The notes under the pieces: generated by a model
What the model saw: only the letters and a program-made list of their open reading frames with translations
Databases searched by the model: none
What the model was told of the DNA's origin: nothing
Assembly: GCA_937124585.1 (NCBI GenBank)
Contig: CAKZKT010000104.1
Location: forward strand, 1,316-65,315
DNA length: 64,000 nucleotides
Source: an uncultured Anaerolineae bacterium
GTDB taxonomy: Bacteria > Chloroflexota > Anaerolineae > CG2-30-64-16
Direction: 5' to 3'
Shown here: positions 44,087 through 53,674 of the stretch, piece by piece
Layout: each line of letters starts with the position of its first letter
How positions within the stretch are numbered: the stretch's first letter is position 1
Position numbers and translations under genes: made by a program

Positions 44087-45181
44087 ATGGAAATACTGCT
44101 CACTGTCCTCACATTTGTGCCATTGATCTTCATCCTGTGGCTGGCGAATCTCGCCGAGCGGTCTGCGACGGCGGCTCGTGCTGCGCGGCCAGCCATCAGT
44201 GCGGCCTGGGAAGAGATTACGGCGCCGCACGAGCCATCCCGGCTGCCTGCAATACTGGCCTACCTGCTGCTCGTGATCTTTTACGGGATGCTGATCTCGT
44301 TCGGGATACTCATCCAGGCCATCGGCCTGCTTGCCGGCGGGCCCATGGCCCCCTCTCTCGGCGAGGCCTACACGCAGATGGGCATCGCCCCGGAAGCGTT
44401 CGGCCGCATGGGACTGGGGCTGTGGTTGCCGTCGCTCTTCGGCATTCTCTTCCTGCTGCCGTTCGTGCGCGGCCTGGCCAGCCGCTTGCTCCCCGAATTC
44501 CGGCGGGAGAGTCCGGTCCATGCGGTCGCCCTGTCCTACACGGCCCTGATCATCGCCAATCTGCTCTTCACGGTCGGGATGGGGCTGGGCAACATCGCGA
44601 ACCTCATGCAGCAGTCTGCCCCGCTCGATCTCACCCCGACGCTGTGGGCGCAGGAGATCTGCATGGCGCTCATGGCCCTGATCGGCGTCGGCTGGTTGAC
44701 GCGACGGAGCCTGGCCGAGGGGCTGCGCCGGCTGGGCATCGTGCCGCTGAAGTGGAACCAGATTTTGGCCGGTGTCGGCATCGGCGCGACGCTAGGGGTG
44801 GCCGTCGTGGTGCTCGAAATGCTGCTGGCCAGGATCGGCATCGTGACGGATGCCGATGTAGAGCGGCTGAGCGAGCAGCTGCTCGGCCCGCTGGTGAAAA
44901 CGCCGTTCGGCATCCTCACACTCGGCCTGGCGGCCGCACTGGGCGAGGAACCTCTCTTTCGCGGCGCGCTGCAACCCCGCTTCGGCGTGCTCGTCACGAC
45001 GGTGCTTTTCGCGCTGCTGCACAGCACCTACGGCCTCTCGTTGGCCACCGCCATCGTCTTCGGGGTCGGGCTGGTGCTGGCGCTGGTGCGCCTGCGCGCG
45101 AACACCTCGACCTGCATGTTGGTACACGCGACCTACAACATCACGCTGGGCGTGATCGCGGCCTCTGGCTTGTTGCGCTGA
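44087..45181 (+). CDS. CPBP family intramembrane glutamic endopeptidase (CAAX protease / Abi-like)
   Basis: Polytopic. Motifs EEPLFRG (EExxxR), FALLH and ...H.. as in CPBP. Start chosen at MEILLTV (44087). Confidence 0.7.
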   Translation: MEILLTVLTFVPLIFILWLANLAERSATAARAARPAISAAWEEITAPHEPSRLPAILAYLLLVIFYGMLISFGILIQAIGLLAGGPMAPSLGEAYTQMGIAPEAFGRMGLGLWLPSLFGILFLLPFVRGLASRLLPEFRRESPVHAVALSYTALIIANLLFTVGMGLGNIANLMQQSAPLDLTPTLWAQEICMALMALIGVGWLTRRSLAEGLRRLGIVPLKWNQILAGVGIGATLGVAVVVLEMLLARIGIVTDADVERLSEQLLGPLVKTPFGILTLGLAAALGEEPLFRGALQPRFGVLVTTVLFALLHSTYGLSLATAIVFGVGLVLALVRLRANTSTCMLVHATYNITLGVIAASGLLR

Positions 45182-45228
45182 CGTAAAAAGGACTCGTTTC
45201 CATCAAATCATGCCACCAGGAGGCAAAT

Positions 45229-47022
45229 GTGCTTTATCCGATTCAAAACCGTGTGCGCAACCGATTGGACATCTCCGGCATCTGGGACTTCAAGCCCGAC
45301 CCCGACGGCATCGGCGAGGCCAACGGCTGGGCGCTGGGCCTGACGAACGCCCGGCCGATCGCGGTGCCGGGCAGCTGGAACGAACAATACGAAGACCTGT
45401 TCGGCTATCTGGGCCTGGCCTGGTACGTCAAAAGAATTTATGTGCCGGCCGGCTGGCGTGGCGAGCGCGTATTTCTGCGCGTCGGCTCGGCGTGCTACCT
45501 GGGGACGGTGTACGTCAACGGCGTCAAAGTCGGCACACACGAGGGCGGCCATCTGCCCTTCGCGTTCGAGATCACCGACCATATCCGCTGGGACGAAGAG
45601 AACATCGTGGCAATCAGCGTCGAGAATGAGCTGCGGCCCGACCGCGTGCCTTCCGGCAACATGCCCCGCCGCGAGCGCGGCATGTTCATGGGGACGCCGG
45701 CGACGACGTTCGACTTCTACCCGTTCGCCGGGCTGCATCGGCCGGTCGTCCTCTACACCGTTCCCCAGACGCACATCGAGGACATTACGGTCATCACCGA
45801 GGTCAACGGCGCCGGTCCACGGGCCACAGCCGATGGGGTGGTGAAAGTGCAGGTGAAACTGAACGCTGCAGCCGACGGGCCGGGCCGCGTGCAGTTGAAA
45901 GGCGATGCAACCAGCATCACAGCCGATCTCGCCTTCGTGAAGGGGGTGGCCGAGGCAGCGCTGCATGTGCCCGATGCCCGGCTGTGGTCCGACAAAGCCC
46001 CGTACCTCTACGATCTGACCGTGACGACGGCGGCCGATCAATACAGCCTGAAGGTCGGCATCCGCACCATTGCGGTGGCCGACGGCCAGATCCTGCTCAA
46101 CGGCCGACCGGTGAAGCTCAACGGTTTCGGCCGGCACGAGGATTTCATCGCCAGCGGCAAGGGGCTGAACCTGCCGCTGCTGATCAAGGATTACCAGCTG
46201 ATGCGCTGGACGGGCGCCAACAGCTATCGCACCTCACATTATCCCTACAGCGAGGAGGAGATGCAGCTCGCCGATCGCGAGGGTTTTCTCATCATTGACG
46301 AGATCCCGGCCGTCAGCCTGCAGTTGGCCGACGAGGCCAACAACCCGGCGCGGCTGCGCCTCTGCCTGCAGCAGATCGAGGAGCTCATCGCGCGCGACAA
46401 GAACCACCCGGCCGTCGTGATGTGGAGCGTCGCCAACGAACCGATGCCCGCCGGCTTCGGTGTGGGCGAGCTCGGCTCACATGCCGATGACGAGAAGAAC
46501 CGGGCCGGCAAAGCCTTCCTGGATGCCCTGCTGGACAAAGCCCATGCGCTCGATCCGACCCGGCCGGCGACGATCGTCATGATCATGGGCAGCCCGCTGT
46601 CGTGGCTGGAGCAGTGCGACGTGATCTGCGTGAACCGCTACTGGGGTTGGTACACGCTGGGCGGCCAGCTCGACCTGGCGCGGCAGAGGCTCATCGCCGA
46701 ACTCGATCAGATGTGGGCCCAGTTCCACAAGCCGATCATCATGACCGAATTTGGCGCCGACACGATTCCGGGCTATCATGGGCACCCAGGCCTCATGTGG
46801 ACGGAGGAATACCAGGCCGACTACGTCCGCTGTCATCTGGAGGTGGCTGCGACGCGCGATTACGTGGCCGGCATGCAGGTGTGGAACTTTGCGGACTTCG
46901 CCGCAGTGCCGAGCATCATGCGCGTCGGCGGCCTCAATCACAAAGGCGTCTTCACGCGCACTCGTACGCCGAAAATGGCGGCACATGTGCTACGCGAGTT
47001 CTGGACGAAGACGAGCAAATAG
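45229..47022 (+). CDS. uidA: beta-glucuronidase, glycoside hydrolase family 2
   Basis: Collinear with E. coli UidA: ...IAVPGSWN.Q......Y.G..WY.....P.GW.G.R..LRF.....Y..VYVNG..V..H.GG..PF..., GFGRHED, WTGANSYRTSHYPY, ARDKNHP.VVMWS.ANEP, WNFADFA.....RVGG..KG.FTR.R.PK. Confidence 0.9.
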   Translation: MLYPIQNRVRNRLDISGIWDFKPDPDGIGEANGWALGLTNARPIAVPGSWNEQYEDLFGYLGLAWYVKRIYVPAGWRGERVFLRVGSACYLGTVYVNGVKVGTHEGGHLPFAFEITDHIRWDEENIVAISVENELRPDRVPSGNMPRRERGMFMGTPATTFDFYPFAGLHRPVVLYTVPQTHIEDITVITEVNGAGPRATADGVVKVQVKLNAAADGPGRVQLKGDATSITADLAFVKGVAEAALHVPDARLWSDKAPYLYDLTVTTAADQYSLKVGIRTIAVADGQILLNGRPVKLNGFGRHEDFIASGKGLNLPLLIKDYQLMRWTGANSYRTSHYPYSEEEMQLADREGFLIIDEIPAVSLQLADEANNPARLRLCLQQIEELIARDKNHPAVVMWSVANEPMPAGFGVGELGSHADDEKNRAGKAFLDALLDKAHALDPTRPATIVMIMGSPLSWLEQCDVICVNRYWGWYTLGGQLDLARQRLIAELDQMWAQFHKPIIMTEFGADTIPGYHGHPGLMWTEEYQADYVRCHLEVAATRDYVAGMQVWNFADFAAVPSIMRVGGLNHKGVFTRTRTPKMAAHVLREFWTKTSK

Positions 47023-47039
47023 GAGAAAAGGAGCAAGCT

Positions 47040-48122
47040 ATGCGTTATGGTCTGAATCTTAAACCAGAAGGAGCGCTGGATCTGGTCGCGCTGGGCGCGC
47101 TGGTTCACCGCCTTGATCCGGGGATCGTGCCTTTCCGGAAGGCCACCCATTGCGACATCCACGTGAGCGGCGGCGAGTTCAACGTGGCCGCGAACCTGGC
47201 CGACTGCTTCGGCCTGCGCACGGGCATCGTGACGGCCATGGTGGACTACCCGATCGGCGACCTGATCGCCGAGCGCGTGCGCGCCATGGGCGTGAAGCCG
47301 TTCTACAAGCGTTTCGAGCATAACGGCGTGAACGGCCCCAACATGGCAACAGTCTACAGCGACCGGGGCTATGGCGTGCGCGCGCCGGTGGTGTTCTACA
47401 ACCGTTCCAACGAGGCCGCTGCCCGGCTCAAGCCAGGCGATTTCGACTGGGATGCCATCTTCGCAGGCGGTGTGCGCTGGTTCCACAGCGGCGGTATCTT
47501 CGCTGCTCTCTCCGAGACCACCGGCGAGCTGATCATCGAGGGCATGCAGGCAGCCAAGGCAGCCGGCGCAGTCACGTCGTTCGACCTGAATTATCGGGCC
47601 AAGCTCTGGAACATCTGGGGCGGCCAGGCGATCGCGCAGTCGGTCCTGAAGCGCATCGTCGCCCACGTGGATGTCCTCGTGGGCAACGAAGAGGATTTGC
47701 AGCTGGGGCTTGGCCTGCGCGGGCCCGATGTCCACGCCAAATCGAAGCTCGATCCGTCCGCTTTCTTTGGCATGATGGAAGGGGTCAAGACCATGTATCC
47801 GCAGGTGAAGATCGTGGCCACAACCCTGCGCGAGGTGCATTCCACCAACCGCCACAGCTGGGCTGCAGTGGCCTGGATCAACGGCCAGACCTACATCTCG
47901 CCCACCTGCGAACTGGACGTCTATGATCGGGTCGGCGGCGGCGACGGCTACGCAGCCGGCTTCTTCTACGGCCTGCTGACCGGCGAGTCGGAGCAGGAGG
48001 CGGTCAACCTGGGCTGGGCCCACGGCGCGCTGCTGACCACCTTCCCCGGCGACACGACCATGGCCACACTGGAACAGGTGCGCGCATTCGCAAAAGGCGG
48101 CTCGGCGCGCATCCAGCGGTAG
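47040..48122 (+). CDS. PfkB-family sugar kinase, probably 2-dehydro-3-deoxygluconokinase (KdgK-like)
   Basis: GGAGAAAAGGAG RBS. PfkB motifs (FDLNYR..LW, ...GGGDGYAAGFFYGL). It is adjacent to uidA, consistent with a glucuronide to KDG pathway. Confidence 0.6.
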   Translation: MRYGLNLKPEGALDLVALGALVHRLDPGIVPFRKATHCDIHVSGGEFNVAANLADCFGLRTGIVTAMVDYPIGDLIAERVRAMGVKPFYKRFEHNGVNGPNMATVYSDRGYGVRAPVVFYNRSNEAAARLKPGDFDWDAIFAGGVRWFHSGGIFAALSETTGELIIEGMQAAKAAGAVTSFDLNYRAKLWNIWGGQAIAQSVLKRIVAHVDVLVGNEEDLQLGLGLRGPDVHAKSKLDPSAFFGMMEGVKTMYPQVKIVATTLREVHSTNRHSWAAVAWINGQTYISPTCELDVYDRVGGGDGYAAGFFYGLLTGESEQEAVNLGWAHGALLTTFPGDTTMATLEQVRAFAKGGSARIQR

Positions 48123-48124
48123 CC

Positions 48125-48226
48125 CGCCGCCAGACGTGCCAGGCACCCTCCCAGGTGCCTGGCACGTGATGTTCCACCGCCAGACGTGCCAGGCACCCTC
48201 CCAGGTGCCTGGCACGTGATGTTTCA
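48125..48226. repeat. two tandem ~51-bp units, each containing the GTGCCAGGCAC palindrome (REP-like element)
   Basis: CGCCAGACGTGCCAGGCACCCTCCCAGGTGCCTGGCACGTGATGTT occurs twice back to back (48127-48173 and 48178-48224). Each copy forms a 13-bp-arm hairpin. It lies between the convergent kdgK-like and aminotransferase genes. Confidence 0.7.
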
Positions 48227-49591
48227 CTCTGCCAGCGCCTCCTGTACGCTCTCGGTGAAAATATCCATCATCAGGTCCAGCTCGGCCTCGCTGATCACGA
48301 GCGGCGGCGCAAAGGCGATCCAATCCGGATCGAAACGCAGGATGAGGCCCTTCGCCAGCGCGCGGCGGCCCACCCGCAAGCCGAGCTTCGCATCGGCCGG
48401 GAATCGCTCCTTCGTGCGCGTGTCTCGCACGAACTCGACGCCGATCAGCAGGCCCCGGCCCCGAATTTCGCCCACGACGCCGAGCTCCTGCACCGCTTCC
48501 AGCCGATGAAGAAGCTGTCCGCCCAGCTCGCGCGCCCGGCGGGGCAGGTCGCGCTCGATGATCTCGGCAATGCTGGCCAGGCCGGCCGCGCATGAAAGCG
48601 GATTGCCGCCATACGTGTGTCCGTCGGCGAACTCGACCTGATCCTCCTCCTCGCCCCAGAACGCAGCGGCCACATGATCCCGGCAGGCGAGCGCAGCCAG
48701 CGGCGCATAGCCGCTCGTGATCCCCTTCCCCATGCAGAGGATGTCAGGCAGCGTGTCGAATGTCTGCGCGGCGAACATCTGACCGGTGCGGCCGAAGCCG
48801 GTGATGATCTCGTCGAAAATCAGGAGCACGTTGTAGCGGTCGCAGATACGGCGCAGCAGCGGCAGATACTCCGGCGGCGGCGTGACGATGCCGCCCGTGT
48901 TGCCGATCGGTTCCAGGATCAGACCGGCGACCGTCTCCGGGCCTTCGAGCTGGATGGTGTCTTCGACGATCGTGGCGCAACGAATGCCGCAGCCCGGATA
49001 GCTCAGGCCGAACGGGCAGCGGTAGCAGGTGGGCGGCCACACATGGACGAAGCCCTGCAGGGTCGGCTCGAACATCCATTTCCGCCGCACCGTGCCGGTG
49101 GCACTCAGCGCGCCGAAGGTCGCGCCGTGATAGCCCCAATAGCGCGAGATGATCTTGTACTTCTGGGGATGCCCGGTCTGGCGATGATATTGACGGGCCA
49201 TCTTCATGGCGGCCTCGGTGGCCTCAGAGCCGCTGCTCATCAGCTTGACCGTGTTCAAGTCGCCGGGCAGGATCTCGGCCAGCTTCTCGACGAGTTGGAG
49301 CGCGGGCAGGTTCGTGGCATGCAGCGGCGGCGTGAAGGCCACCTGATCCAGCTGATCGCGCATCGCCTCGATCACGCGGCGATTGTTGTGGCCAACGGTC
49401 ACGACGAAGATGCCGGACAGGCCGTCCAGATAGCGCTTGCCATGCACATCCTCGTACCACACCCCATCGGCGCGCGCGATGACCAGAGGATCGGCGACGA
49501 ACGTCTTCATCTGGCGCAGATCCAACATGATGCGAGGCAGGGCTCCTGCGCCGGGAAAAGCGAACGGCGCGGATGACGTGAATGGTTTCAT
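48224..49591 (-). CDS. class III (AT-III family) pyridoxal-phosphate aminotransferase
   Basis: About 455 aa from MKPFTSSAPF (GGGGGAAA RBS upstream). ...LLIFDEIITGFGRTG..., KG.TSGY.PL and the AT-III fold. The longer ORF back to 49804 has an Ala/Ser-rich unlikely N-terminus. Confidence 0.8.
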   Translation of the reverse strand: MKPFTSSAPFAFPGAGALPRIMLDLRQMKTFVADPLVIARADGVWYEDVHGKRYLDGLSGIFVVTVGHNNRRVIEAMRDQLDQVAFTPPLHATNLPALQLVEKLAEILPGDLNTVKLMSSGSEATEAAMKMARQYHRQTGHPQKYKIISRYWGYHGATFGALSATGTVRRKWMFEPTLQGFVHVWPPTCYRCPFGLSYPGCGIRCATIVEDTIQLEGPETVAGLILEPIGNTGGIVTPPPEYLPLLRRICDRYNVLLIFDEIITGFGRTGQMFAAQTFDTLPDILCMGKGITSGYAPLAALACRDHVAAAFWGEEEDQVEFADGHTYGGNPLSCAAGLASIAEIIERDLPRRARELGGQLLHRLEAVQELGVVGEIRGRGLLIGVEFVRDTRTKERFPADAKLGLRVGRRALAKGLILRFDPDWIAFAPPLVISEAELDLMMDIFTESVQEALAE

Positions 49592-49724
49592 GAGCGTTTC
49601 CCCCACTGCAAAGCTAGATGCGGCAGTCAAAAAGAGCGCATCACGACGCCGCGTTGACGAATCGCTGTCGCTATGATATGTTTCCCCTGTCGGTCTGTCA
49701 AACCTCACGAACGGAGCGCGCCGC

Positions 49725-50900
49725 ATGGACAAACTGATCGCCGCACTGCTGAGCCAGCTCGACGCCGAGGAGATCGCCCGCCGGGCCTGTGAACTGCTCG
49801 CCATCCCCAGCCCGACGGGCGATTCGGCTGCCGTTACCGACTATTACGCCGATCGCCTGACCGAGCTGGGCCTGGAGGTGCACCGGGATGAGGAATTCGC
49901 GGGCTCGCCGAGCGTTATTGCTTATGTCAATGGCGCGCATCCCGGCCCCACCCTCGAGCTCGCCGGCCACCTCGACGTGATCCCGGTGGCCCAGGAACCG
50001 CCCTATCGCGCCGGTGATCTGCTCTACGGACGCGGCGCGTGCGACATGAAGGGGCCGATGGCGGCCGTGCTGGAGGTGACGCGGCTGCTCGCCGGCGTGC
50101 GCCAGCATATGCACGGCCGGCTGATGGTGTGTGCCTATGGGCTGCACGAGGCGCCGCTGGGCCGCGGGCAAAGCCTGTTGCGCCTCATCGCGCGCGGGAA
50201 CATCGGCGATGCAGTGATCTGTGTCGAGGGGCCAGACGACGCGCTGGCGATCACCGGCCGCGGCATGTGCACCTACGAGATCAGCATTGCCGGGCCGGGC
50301 GATCCCGTGCACGAATTGCAGGCAACGGCCGACACGCCCCATCCCCTGCTGATCGGTCTGGACGTGGCGGCCATGCTGCGGGACTGGGCCACCGAGCTCC
50401 GCGCCGGCCCGACACTGCCATATGTTGGCACCGAGTCCCTCTTCATCGGCCAGTTCGAGAGCGGCGATTTCTACAATCGCGTCCCCGGCCATTGTCGGAT
50501 CGTGGGCACGCGACGCTACGCGCCGGGCCGACGCTTCGACGAGGTGCTGGCCGAATTCGAGCAGCGGCTGGAAGCCATCCGGCGCACCACCGCTACACCC
50601 ATCCGCCTGACGCTGACCAAAACCAGAGACGGCTTCCGCACTGCCGAGGACGATCGACTCGTGCAGGCGCTACAAGCGGCATATCAAGAAACGGTCGGCG
50701 CGGCGTTGCCGCTGGCGGCGTTTGCTGCGGTCGGCGATGCCTCGTTGTTTGCCAATGAAGGCGGCCGGCCGGCGGTCTACTTCGGCTGTGGGCTGGAACG
50801 CGCCCACGCCACGCCCGAATACGTCAGCCTGGCCCGGCTGGCGCGCCAGGCGCGCGTGCTGACCGCGGCCGCAGCGCGCTACCTGGGCATCACAGCCTGA
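49725..50900 (+). CDS. M20 family metallopeptidase (ArgE/DapE/ACY1-like deacylase)
   Basis: AGHLDVIPV, ..GRGACDMKG.. (metal ligands His/Asp/Glu) and the dimerisation-domain pattern. Confidence 0.8.
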   Translation: MDKLIAALLSQLDAEEIARRACELLAIPSPTGDSAAVTDYYADRLTELGLEVHRDEEFAGSPSVIAYVNGAHPGPTLELAGHLDVIPVAQEPPYRAGDLLYGRGACDMKGPMAAVLEVTRLLAGVRQHMHGRLMVCAYGLHEAPLGRGQSLLRLIARGNIGDAVICVEGPDDALAITGRGMCTYEISIAGPGDPVHELQATADTPHPLLIGLDVAAMLRDWATELRAGPTLPYVGTESLFIGQFESGDFYNRVPGHCRIVGTRRYAPGRRFDEVLAEFEQRLEAIRRTTATPIRLTLTKTRDGFRTAEDDRLVQALQAAYQETVGAALPLAAFAAVGDASLFANEGGRPAVYFGCGLERAHATPEYVSLARLARQARVLTAAAARYLGITA

Positions 50901-51021
50901 AGCCCATCCGGCCACGAGTCACGATCTCGCAGAGCCGCCGAGCCGGCGAGGCAGAACGTCCCGGCGCCGCCGGCATTTCTCCGACACCTTTCGACGTCGC
51001 GCGTTTTCACAGGAGGAAGCG

Positions 51022-51405
51022 ATGAGCCCTATCCGCATGGCGCGCCTGGAATCGGCCAGCCGCGCCGCGCTGGCATTCCAGGAAGCCTTCAATCGCCACG
51101 ACATCGTTGCCATGACGCAGTTGATGCACAATGACTGCGTGTTCGAAACCTTCGCGCCGGCGCCGGATGGCAGCATCTGCACCGGGCGAGCCGCCATTGC
51201 CGCATACTGGCAGGACTTCTTTCGCCGCTCACCGCAAGCCCGCCTCACTGCGGAAGAGGTCTTCGGCTTTGGCGACCGTTGCCTCATGCGCTGGCGGTGT
51301 GACTGGCTGGATGGCGACGGAACGGCGAGACATCTGCGCGGCATAGATGTGATCCGGATGAGAGATGATCTGATCGGCGAGGTGCTGTCTTATGTCAAAG
51401 GATAG
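51022..51405 (+). CDS. NTF2-like (SnoaL/ketosteroid-isomerase-like) small protein
   Basis: 127 aa. ...FNRHDIVAMTQLMHNDCVFE... and the overall cone-shaped alpha+beta pattern. Confidence 0.5.
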   Translation: MSPIRMARLESASRAALAFQEAFNRHDIVAMTQLMHNDCVFETFAPAPDGSICTGRAAIAAYWQDFFRRSPQARLTAEEVFGFGDRCLMRWRCDWLDGDGTARHLRGIDVIRMRDDLIGEVLSYVKG

Positions 51406-51434
51406 CCCCGCGCGCTGAACATCACGCGGCCAAG

Positions 51435-51462
51435 TTGACAGTCCGGCCGTCTGTGCTATACT
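51435..51462 (+). promoter_or_regulatory. sigma-70-type promoter of the FMN riboswitch-transporter operon
   Basis: TTGACA-16 nt-TATACT. Confidence 0.65.
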
Positions 51463-51479
51463 TCACGCGCTGAAAAACA

Positions 51480-51728
51480 CCTTCGGGGCAGAGTGCGTTC
51501 TGACCAGAACAATTCTCGACCGGCGGTATGGCCCACGCAGGATCGGGCCGAGCCCGCGAGCAGCGCTAAGAGCAGCGCCGCAGACCCGGTGTCAGGCCGG
51601 GGCCGACGGTACAGTCCGGATGGGAGAAGGTGGCGCAGATAGACCGCTTTGGGCCTTCACAGGCTCAGACGCGGGCATGTGCACGCGATAGCCCCAGGGT
51701 GTGTGGTCTGCCCTGGGGCTTTTTTATT
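51480..51728 (+). promoter_or_regulatory. FMN riboswitch (RFN element) with an intrinsic terminator expression platform
   Basis: Aptamer motifs CTTCGGGGCAGAGTG..., CGACCGGCGGTA, GCCCGCGAGC and GCCGACGGTACAGTCCGGATGGGAGAAGG match the RFN consensus (cf. B. subtilis ribD leader ...GGGGCAGGGTG...CGACCGGCGGTA...GCCGACAGTGAAAGTCTGGATGGGAGAAGG). They are followed by a terminator hairpin AGCCCCAGGGTG-TGTGGTCTG-CCCTGGGGCT plus TTTTTTATT (51689-51728). Confidence 0.85.
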
Positions 51729-51749
51729 GTGAAGAACGAGATCGTCGTC

Positions 51750-52562
51750 ATGAATGTACAGGTACAAAAGTTGTGGCGGTCGCCGACACACGCGATGAGC
51801 CGACGGCTGATACGGATCGAGATCGCGTTGATCCCGTTGGCGCTGGTCGTGTTTCTCTCGGCCTGGGAGCTGTTGGTGCGCTGGCAGGGCTACCCGGCGT
51901 TCATCCTGCCCAGTCCGGCCCTGGTCTGGCAGCGCTTCCTGGCGTTGCTGGCCGACGGCCGTCTGCTGATGCACACAACTGCGACGGTGACGGAGGTGTT
52001 GGGCGGCCTGGCGCTCGGCCTGACCGTGGCGCTGGTGGCCGGCTATGGCCTGGCCAAATCCCCGCTGCTCGAACGCATCCTCTCGCCGTACATCGTCGCC
52101 TCGCAGGCCGTCCCGATCGTGGCGCTGGCGCCGCTCCTGGTGATCTGGTTCGGCTTCGGCAGCCTGTCAAAAATCCTGGTTTGCGCGCTGACCGTCTTCT
52201 TCCCGGCACTGGTGACGACCATGGTGGGCATCCGCTCGGTAGATCCAGACCTGCGCGCGCTCATGCGGTCGCTGCAGGCCACGCGCTGGCAGACCTTCGC
52301 GCTGCTCGAGGCGCCGAGCGCCCTACCCGTGATGTTCGGCGGGCTGAAGGTGGCCGTCACGTTGGCCGTGATCGGCGCCGTGGTCGGCGAGTTCGTGGGC
52401 GCCGATCGCGGGCTCGGGTTCCTGATCAACCTGGCGCGCGGCATCCTGGATACGCCGATGCTTTTCGTGGCGCTTTTCACTCTGGTCGCGATCGCCCTGG
52501 CGCTCTACACGGCAGTGGTCCTGCTCGAATACGTGTTGCTCAAATGGCAGCGCCAACGCTGA
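51750..52562 (+). CDS. ribX: ABC transporter permease, NitT/TauT (ThiX/RibX-like) family
   Basis: 6 TM segments with the EAA-like loop characteristic of the BPD_transp_1 permeases of this family. It is the first gene after the FMN riboswitch. Confidence 0.7.
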   Translation: MNVQVQKLWRSPTHAMSRRLIRIEIALIPLALVVFLSAWELLVRWQGYPAFILPSPALVWQRFLALLADGRLLMHTTATVTEVLGGLALGLTVALVAGYGLAKSPLLERILSPYIVASQAVPIVALAPLLVIWFGFGSLSKILVCALTVFFPALVTTMVGIRSVDPDLRALMRSLQATRWQTFALLEAPSALPVMFGGLKVAVTLAVIGAVVGEFVGADRGLGFLINLARGILDTPMLFVALFTLVAIALALYTAVVLLEYVLLKWQRQR

Positions 52563-52658
52563 GCGACAGGGCGCGCTGTATCATACGAGATCAAATGCCC
52601 CGTCCCACAGGGAGGCTTCGCGCTGAACGGGGCTATTCTGGAAAGGAGTGACCCGACG

Positions 52659-53669
52659 ATGAAACGCACGCTCGCTCTCATGGCATTGATGGCCCTCGTG
52701 CTGGCGGCCTGTATCGCCGCGCCGGCTGCCGGCCCGGACACCGCGCCGACCGCAGCCAAAGTCGCGGCCGAGCCGGTCAAACTCACGCTGGCGATGGGCT
52801 ATATCCCCAGCGTGCAGTTCGCGCCCTTCTACGTGGCGCAGGAAAAGGGCTATTTTCGGGATGCCGGCCTGGAGGTCACCTTCCGCTACGGGTTCGAGTC
52901 CGACCTGCTGAAGCTGGTAGGCACCAACGAGCTGCCGTTCATGATCGGCAGCGGCGAGGAGGTGATCCTGGGCCGCAGTCAGGGCCTTCCGGTACGTTAT
53001 GTCATGCGTTGGTATCGCAAATTCCCCGTCGTGATCTTCGCCAAAGCCGAAAAAGGCATCCGCAGCCCGGCCGATCTGATCGGCAAAAAAGTCGGCATCC
53101 CCGGCCTGTTTGGCGCCAGCTATGTGGGCTGGGAAGCAGTAGTTTTCGCCAGCGGGCTGGATGCCAGCAAAGTGACCCTTCAGAGCATCGGCTTCACGCA
53201 GGCGACGGCCGTCAATCAAGACCAGGTAGATGCCGCCCTGGACTATGTGGTCAACGGCCCGGTGCAGCTGCGGCTAGCCGGCCAGGAGGTGACCGTCCTG
53301 GCGGTGTCGGACTACATTGACCTGCCCTCTAACGGCATCATCACCAACGACCAGGTGATACGCACCCGGCCAGAGCTGGTTCGGGCACTGGTGCAGGCCG
53401 TCCTGCGCGGCCTGTCCGACACATTGGAGCAGCCCGACGCGGCGTTCCAGGCCAGCCTGCGGGCGGTGCCGGAGGCCGGCGGCGCCAACGAGCAGGTGAG
53501 CCGGGCCATCTTCGACGAGTCGCTCAAATTATGGCGGAGCGACCCGGGGATGTTAGGCCTCTCGGATCCGGTCACATGGGAGAAGGCCGCCGCCTTCATG
53601 AAGCAGATGGGGCTGATCCAGACGGCTGTCGCGCCGGCCGATCTGTTCACGAACGAGTTCGTGCGGTAG
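52659..53669 (+). CDS. ribY: ABC transporter substrate-binding lipoprotein, NMT1/THI5-like (ThiY/RibY-like)
   Basis: Lipoprotein signal [18 protein letters not shown], and an NMT1/SsuA-like periplasmic binding fold (..[22 protein letters not shown]...G.). Confidence 0.7.
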   Translation: MKRTLALMALMALVLAACIAAPAAGPDTAPTAAKVAAEPVKLTLAMGYIPSVQFAPFYVAQEKGYFRDAGLEVTFRYGFESDLLKLVGTNELPFMIGSGEEVILGRSQGLPVRYVMRWYRKFPVVIFAKAEKGIRSPADLIGKKVGIPGLFGASYVGWEAVVFASGLDASKVTLQSIGFTQATAVNQDQVDAALDYVVNGPVQLRLAGQEVTVLAVSDYIDLPSNGIITNDQVIRTRPELVRALVQAVLRGLSDTLEQPDAAFQASLRAVPEAGGANEQVSRAIFDESLKLWRSDPGMLGLSDPVTWEKAAAFMKQMGLIQTAVAPADLFTNEFVR

Positions 53670-53674
53670 TCGCG

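Noticed and set aside
48125-48226. Possible CRISPR array (tandem 51-bp repeats)
   Set aside because: There are only two units and they are directly adjacent without unique spacers. Each unit is itself a palindromic REP-like hairpin found as single copies elsewhere. No cas genes are present.
51480-51728. TPP riboswitch (expected because the downstream transporter resembles ThiXYZ)
   Set aside because: The leader lacks the CUGAGA and ACCUGAUCUGGAUAAUGCCAGCG TPP boxes. It instead matches the FMN/RFN consensus blocks.
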